From: Chiloscyllium plagiosum
Lineage: Eukaryota
Direction of reading: 5' to 3'
DNA length: 28,848 nucleotides
Assembly (NCBI RefSeq): GCF_004010195.1
Contig: NC_057711.1
Span: forward strand, 81,324,714 to 81,353,561
The translations under genes and the position numbers were made by a program. Of the stretch, positions 23,700 through 28,848 are shown piece after piece. Under the pieces are notes generated by a model. It did no database searches and was not told the origin of the DNA. It worked only from the letters and a program-made list of their open reading frames with translations. Every line of letters starts with the position of its first letter. The stretch's first letter is position 1.

Positions 23700-24245
23700 C
23701 AAAATTTTGAAATAGTGAAACTCTCTCCCATGGCTGGGGAATACAGAGCAAGAAATACAGTTTTAGGGAAAGGGACAAATCACATCAGGATTGAGAGAAG
23801 GAGAAAGTGCTTCAGTCAAAGTGTTGTGAATCTTTGGAATTCTCAATCTCAGAAAGTTGTGCACTCAACAACATTGAATATAAAGCTGCAATAGACAAGA
23901 ATGTTGGGAAGGTGTGGGAAAATGAAGTTTAAATCCAAGATTAGCCCTGATCTCATTGAAAGGCAGGGCAGATTCAAATAGCTAGGCAAAAGTGAGGACT
24001 GCAGATGCTGGAGATCAGAGTCTAGATTGGAGTGGTGCGAGAAAAGCACAGCAGGTCAGGCAGTATCCAAGGAGCAGGAAAATCGACATTTTGGGCAACA
24101 GCCCTTCATCAGGATGAAGGGCTTTTGCCCGTAACGTTGATTTTCCTGCTCCTCAGATGCTGCCTGACCTGCTGTGCTTTTCCAGCACCACTCTAATCTA
24201 GATTCAATTAGCTGTATGGTCTTCATGTGTTCCTACTTCTTACGT
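23700..24245 (+). mobile_element. Old CR1 3' end, interrupted by a PLE hairpin
   Basis: GTTGTGAATCTTTGGAATTCTC (VVNLWNS) and a CR1-type 3' UTR/tail. Confidence 0.65.
23984..24199. mobile_element. PLE pLTR fold-back insertion
   Basis: TSD AGATTCAA(A/T)TAGCT (23970-23983, 24200-24213). Inverted arms of about 90 bp meet at 24111-24112 inside the hammerhead core. Confidence 0.88.
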
Positions 24246-25264
24246 TAGACAAATGAAATGTTCCATGTTGATGACCTTACATCAGAACAGTTCTTCTGGA
24301 AGGTTATCAAACTAAAGCATTAACTCCATTTCTTTCTCCATAAATGCTGCCTGACCTGCTGAGTGTTTGTGCTTTCTTTGCTCAAACAATGAATTGATTG
24401 CCACTTGTGCAGACTTTCACAGTGCACCCTGTGAAGAAGGGAATCGCTTACTGTAACATCGGTCAGATGCCTGAAGCTACTCTAAGTTTCACACTTGTAA
24501 TGCTGAGTTTCTTTGTCATTACAACAGCAAAACTGGGTCATTACAATCCTTCTAACTAAACAGAAGATTACCACGTGCATGATTTTCCCTCTTAGTAGCA
24601 CATTAATGTTGTGGATGAAATGGAGATGCTGACTTTGTTGCTTTATTAGTGAAAATTGATTTGTAGAGAGTCATAAAAGCTGCTATTAAGAAGCATGCAA
24701 GATGGTGGGGCATCTGATCAGGTGTTATGGTCGCACTACACATCTTTCAGAAAAATACAAGTTTCTTTTTGCTCGGGCTTGTCCCCAGTTTGCCACGGGT
24801 ATAGTTGAATTAATATGCAACGCTTTTCGGCTAAGAACATTGAATATGGTTTAGTTAGACAAATTGAAGGGCAGTAATAATTTACTTATTTCAGGCTGGT
24901 CACTTTAATCACACATATCTCAAGCCCATCCCCAGTTGGGCACCTACTTCCTGTTCAGTAAGATGGGAAGATTAAACATTATGAAGCATTGGTTCATTAT
25001 TTGCCAAAGTAAACAGCTGCAAACAGGTTGTCAGAAAAAAAGGCGTATCAAGAAGAATCCTTTCTAGCAAGAAATAAAACTGCCACCTAGAGTTCAGAGT
25101 TCAGTGTTCACCTAGCTTCCAGAAACCTTCCATAATTCCTGTTTGTACAGCTATAAATCTGCATGGTTTTTAAATACTACTGAAAACTTTCTGTTTATAA
25201 CTTGCCATAATTCTATGGTTTGAGTCTGAGGTTTGCATTTGTCTGTACTGTCATTTAATTGTTT

Positions 25265-25566
25265 GGCACAGTGGCTCGGTGGTTAGCACTGCTGCTTCAT
25301 AGTGCCAGGAACCTGGCTTCAATTCCTTCCTCAGGCAACTGTCTGTGTGAAGTTTGCACATTCTCCTTGTGTCTGCGTGGGGTTTCCTCTTGATACTCTG
25401 GTTTCCTCCCATAGTCACAAAGATGTGCATGGTAGGTGAATTGGCCACAGTGTTACGTGCATTAGTCAGGGGTAAATATAGAATAGGAGAATGGGTCTGG
25501 GTGGGCTGCTTTTCGGAGGGTTGGACTTTTTGGGCTGTTTCCACATTGTAAGGAATCTAATCTAAT
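25265..25566 (+). mobile_element. HE1-type SINE
   Basis: GGTGGTTAGCACTGCTGC head, core and AATCTAATCTAAT tail. Confidence 0.88.
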
Positions 25567-26239
25567 TTGTATGGACCGTGTAATTGCCAGCATACTGTTT
25601 GACTTCCTGACAAAATGCAATTGACTTAGTTTTGTTATGCCATCCAGATGTAGTAATTTACAGTAAGAGAGACATACCATGAAAATGCAATAAGTTGATA
25701 AATTAATAATTTCTTTACAACGGCAAATACAAATTAGTGGCTGTAGAAATGCTGTGAATTCTCATCTGAAATCAGTGCAATGAGATTGTAATAGTGCATG
25801 CTCAGAAAGGTAAATGCCCTACATGCTGCATTATTGATTGTGTGTATCATGTCATTACTTCTCCAAAGGTATTGCAGATCTCCCACCAAAGTTATAGGTA
25901 CAAAACTTTTACTAACTACTTCAGTAGAAGTTGATTTTTATTAGTACCAGAGGTGTGTATCAACATTGCTGAACAAACTGATTCGAAAAAGACTGAGAGC
26001 TGGAATGTTATCAGAAATCTTGAATACTACAAAGAGGTCTCAGTAAAGAATATTCGAGTTGAGATTTTTAAGAAAGGCTTGTGGATTGATTCTATTTTCA
26101 TTAATAGAGGATACGATTGTGATAGTTAAAAGTAAGTGGCAATAAAAAGTATATATTCAAATAGGTTATTTAGCTCCCACCATGAGAAGATATGGAGTGA
26201 TCAACACAGAATGGGAGTAAGTAAGTGTTCTCGGACCAT

Positions 26240-26520
26240 TGTTTTTCCATGTAAATATCGTAATGATTAGTTTTTGGTAGGCAGAGCACAACTTCAAAAT
26301 TTGCAGGCGATATGAAACTATTGTACACTGTGAGGAGGATAAAGAGGACTTTCAACAGAACGTGGAAAAGTTAGTAGGGCCAGCAGATAGGAGCAGGTGA
26401 AGTCCAATGCAGGAAAGTATACAGTGATACATTTTGGTAGAACAAGAAGAGACAATGCAAAATAAAGGATACAACCCAAGAGGGGTTGCAAGAGAAGAGG
26501 ATCCTATGTTTAAAAAGCAT
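26240..26520 (+). mobile_element. Ancient CR1 RT fragment
   Basis: TCAAAATTTGCAGGCGATATGAAACTA (SKFAxDxKL) followed by a KYTVIHFGR-like stretch. Confidence 0.6.
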
Positions 26521-26534
26521 AAATGATTAGAAGT

Positions 26535-26705
26535 GGAGGTAAAGTCACTGTGGCCCTAATAGACCATAGGAATGCTGTCTCATTCAAGAGAGAGAGATAA
26601 CTGATGGTAGTGTAACTTGAGGGTCACCACACCTCAGGTGAGGGAAGAGGTTGAAAAGGAGAGTCCTTCATGGTAACATAACCCAGTGCGGGAAGTGAAC
26701 CCATT
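26535..26705 (-). mobile_element. tRNA-derived SINE fragment (non-HE1)
   Basis: Minus-strand GGGTTCACTTCCCGCAC B-box-like motif, followed by a body resembling a common shark SINE. Confidence 0.45.
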
Positions 26706-26761
26706 CTCTTAGGCCGAAGGAAATAAGAGGAGTAGACTGTTTGGTCCCTTGAGTCAATTCT

Positions 26762-27960
26762 TGATTTGGAGACGCCGGTGTTGGACAGGGGTGTACAAAG
26801 TTAAAAATCACACAATACCAGGTTATAGTCCAACAGGTTTATTTGGAAGCACTAGCTTCTAAAGCGCTGCTCCTTCATCATTTGGTTGTGTGTTGTAAGA
26901 TCATAGGGCACAAAATTTATAGCAAAAGTTTACAGTGTGATGTAACTGAAATTATATATTGAAAAAGACCTGAATTGTTGTTAAGTCTCTCATCTTCTAG
27001 AATGGACATGTTGATTTCGGCTCTTTCATATGCAAATCGCAGAACTTTCTTAAAGTTACATTCTCAAGTGAACTTTAACGATAGGTGCCATGTCGGCCCA
27101 GATAGTGCATTGAAGGTGTGAGATGTCCTGTGTGAAGCTGTCTGTGCCCCAGTATTCAGACTGATTCTTATCTAAAAAATAGATTTACAGAATCTTACAT
27201 GGATTCATGCAGTTTTTGAGCAACATAAAATGTAATTCTGCAAGTACAAATTCACCCCACAAACTTATATGCGTGTTCATGTGGGTGCATGTCTGCGAGG
27301 GGGTATGAGTGTCTGTGAGAGAGTATATGTGTATGTATATGTGTGTGAATGTAAAGGGACAAAAGTCTGTGAGAGGATGAGTGTGAGAGTGTGGGAGTGT
27401 ATGTATGAGTGCATGAGAGAGAGCTTGTGTATGAGAGAGGGTCTGCATGAGTGTGTGGGTCTGGAGGAGTGTGTGTGTGCGTGTGTATGTGTGTGTAGTG
27501 CAGTGGAGGTCTCCTGTAGTGTGACATTAACCCAAGGTTTCAGTTAAGGCCATCCCCTTGGGTACTGAAATTGGCTATCAGCCTCTGTTCAGCCACTGTG
27601 CATTGTTGCCTGTCCCGATATCTGCCTTGGAGGATGGTCACCCGAAGATCCGAGGTCAAATGTCCCTGACCGCTGAAGTGTTCTCCAACTGGGAGGGAAC
27701 ACTCCTGTCAGTTGATTGTTATGCGGTGCCCATTCATCCATTGCCGTAGCCTCTGCTCGGTCTCACCAATGTAGCATGCCTCAGGGCATCCTTGCCTGTA
27801 GCGCATAAGATAGACAATGTTGGCCGAGTCACATGAGCACCTGTCTCGTAGATGGTGGGAAGTCTCCCCACGTGTAATGGTGGTATCCGTGTCGATACTC
27901 TGACACGCCTTGCAGCATCTAATGTGACAAGGTTGTATAGTGTTGTCCTGGAAGCTGGAT
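26762..27960 (-). mobile_element. Penelope-like element family B, 3' part: GIY-YIG endonuclease, CA-rich 3' UTR and pLTR
   Basis: Minus strand CDSANIVYLMRYRQGCPEACYIGETEQRLRQWMNGH…LPVGEHFS…AEQRLIANF…GLN. TG-rich tract at about 27270-27500. Confidence 0.9.
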
Positions 27961-27961
27961 A

Positions 27962-28325
27962 GTTGGATCCAGTCGTTTAGAGTTCCTTACGCATCTTCAT
28001 CCCACGTACATCTTGCGTAGGTGACTTCTACTGCCTTCCGAAGATGCACAAAACCAACACACCTGGACGTCCTACCATATCAATCATTGGGACCCTATGT
28101 GAGAACTCACTGGCTATGTCGAAGCCATCTTAAAACCCATTGTATAGGGGGCCCCCAGCTTCTGTCACGACATGACAGATTTCTTACAGAAATTCAGCAC
28201 CCACAGGCCTGTCAAACGGGAACATTCCTCATCACAATGGACATGTCAGCACTCTATACCAACATTCCCCACAATGACGGCATCGCAGCAACAGCCTCAG
28301 TACTCAACACCAACAACTCAACACC
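27962..28325 (+). mobile_element. PLE reverse-transcriptase N-terminal fragment, inverted relative to the adjacent endonuclease
   Basis: GDFYCLPKMHKTNTPGRP and FLITMDMSALYTNIPH (PLE RT motifs); frameshifted. Confidence 0.9.
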
Positions 28326-28332
28326 ACCAACA

Positions 28333-28421
28333 GCTCATGGAATGCCCTGCCAGTAGCAGTGGTGGACTCTCCCTCTTTATGGGCATTTAAACGGGCATTG
28401 GATAGGCATATGGAGGATAAT
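28333..28421 (+). mobile_element. Short CR1 ORF2 C-terminal fragment
   Basis: WNALPVAVVDSPSLWAFKRALDRHMEDNG. Confidence 0.8.
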
Positions 28422-28848
28422 GGATTCTGGATCAGTGGTGCTGGAAGAGCACAGCAATTCAGGCAGCATCCGAGGACAGGCAAAATCGAAGTTTCGGGCA
28501 AAAGCCCTTCATCAGGAATAAAGGCAGAGAGCCTGAAGCGTGGAGAGATAAGCTAGAGGAGGGTGGGGGTGGGGATAGAGTAGCGAAGCTCCTCGGATGC
28601 TGCCTGAATTGCTGTGCTCTTCCAGCACCACTGATCCCGAATCTGGTTTCCAGCATCTGCAGTCATTGTTTTTACCTAGCATAGAGTACAACTCTTCAAC
28701 CCCAGGGCATCAATGTGGACTTCAACAGCTTCCTCATTTCCCCTTCCCCCACCTCATCCTAGTTTCTAACCTCCAGCTCAACACTGTCCCCTTGACTTGT
28801 CCGACCTGCCCAGCTCCTTTTCGCTCCTTTTCCACCTATCCACTCCAC
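28422..28848. mobile_element. Young PLE (third subfamily): inverted pLTR, a sense pLTR piece, then a sense endonuclease C-terminus running off the window
   Basis: Minus CTGATGA-A-GGGC TTTT GCCC-GAAA at 28492-28515. 28422-28475 and 28591-28644 are inverted with 1 mismatch. LQPQGINVDFNSFLIS from about 28694. Confidence 0.82.

Noticed and set aside
27185..27547. His/Thr- and Cys/Val-rich ORFs
   Set aside because: Translations of the CA/TG-rich tract in the PLE 3' UTR.

Overview
Repeat-dominated vertebrate DNA, almost certainly from a cartilaginous fish (shark), judging by HE1-type tRNA SINEs, CR1/HER1 LINEs and SacSINE1/Deu-domain SINE remnants. I cannot support any host protein-coding gene; the ORFs I could assign are transposon fragments or chance ORFs. 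The window holds a decayed Gypsy LTR retrotransposon (LTR, tRNA-Pro-like PBS, gag, integrase, LTR) carrying nested insertions. It also holds a near full-length old CR1 on the minus strand, split by a younger 2.75-kb CR1, two Tigger/pogo-like MITEs of one family, and many Penelope-like element (PLE) pieces including GIY-YIG endonuclease and RT fragments. Three signals stand out. (i) Short PLE terminal-repeat (pLTR) insertions with 11-18 bp target-site duplications (TSDs) carry a minimal hammerhead-ribozyme core and often form fold-back hairpins. (ii) A 2-kb composite PLE insertion bounded by one 22-bp direct repeat encloses non-PLE DNA. (iii) Two local duplications copy a pLTR/flank junction 1.3-2.7 kb upstream, which resembles local 3' transduction or templated repair. 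Family names come from motif recognition, not database searches, and boundaries of old elements are approximate.
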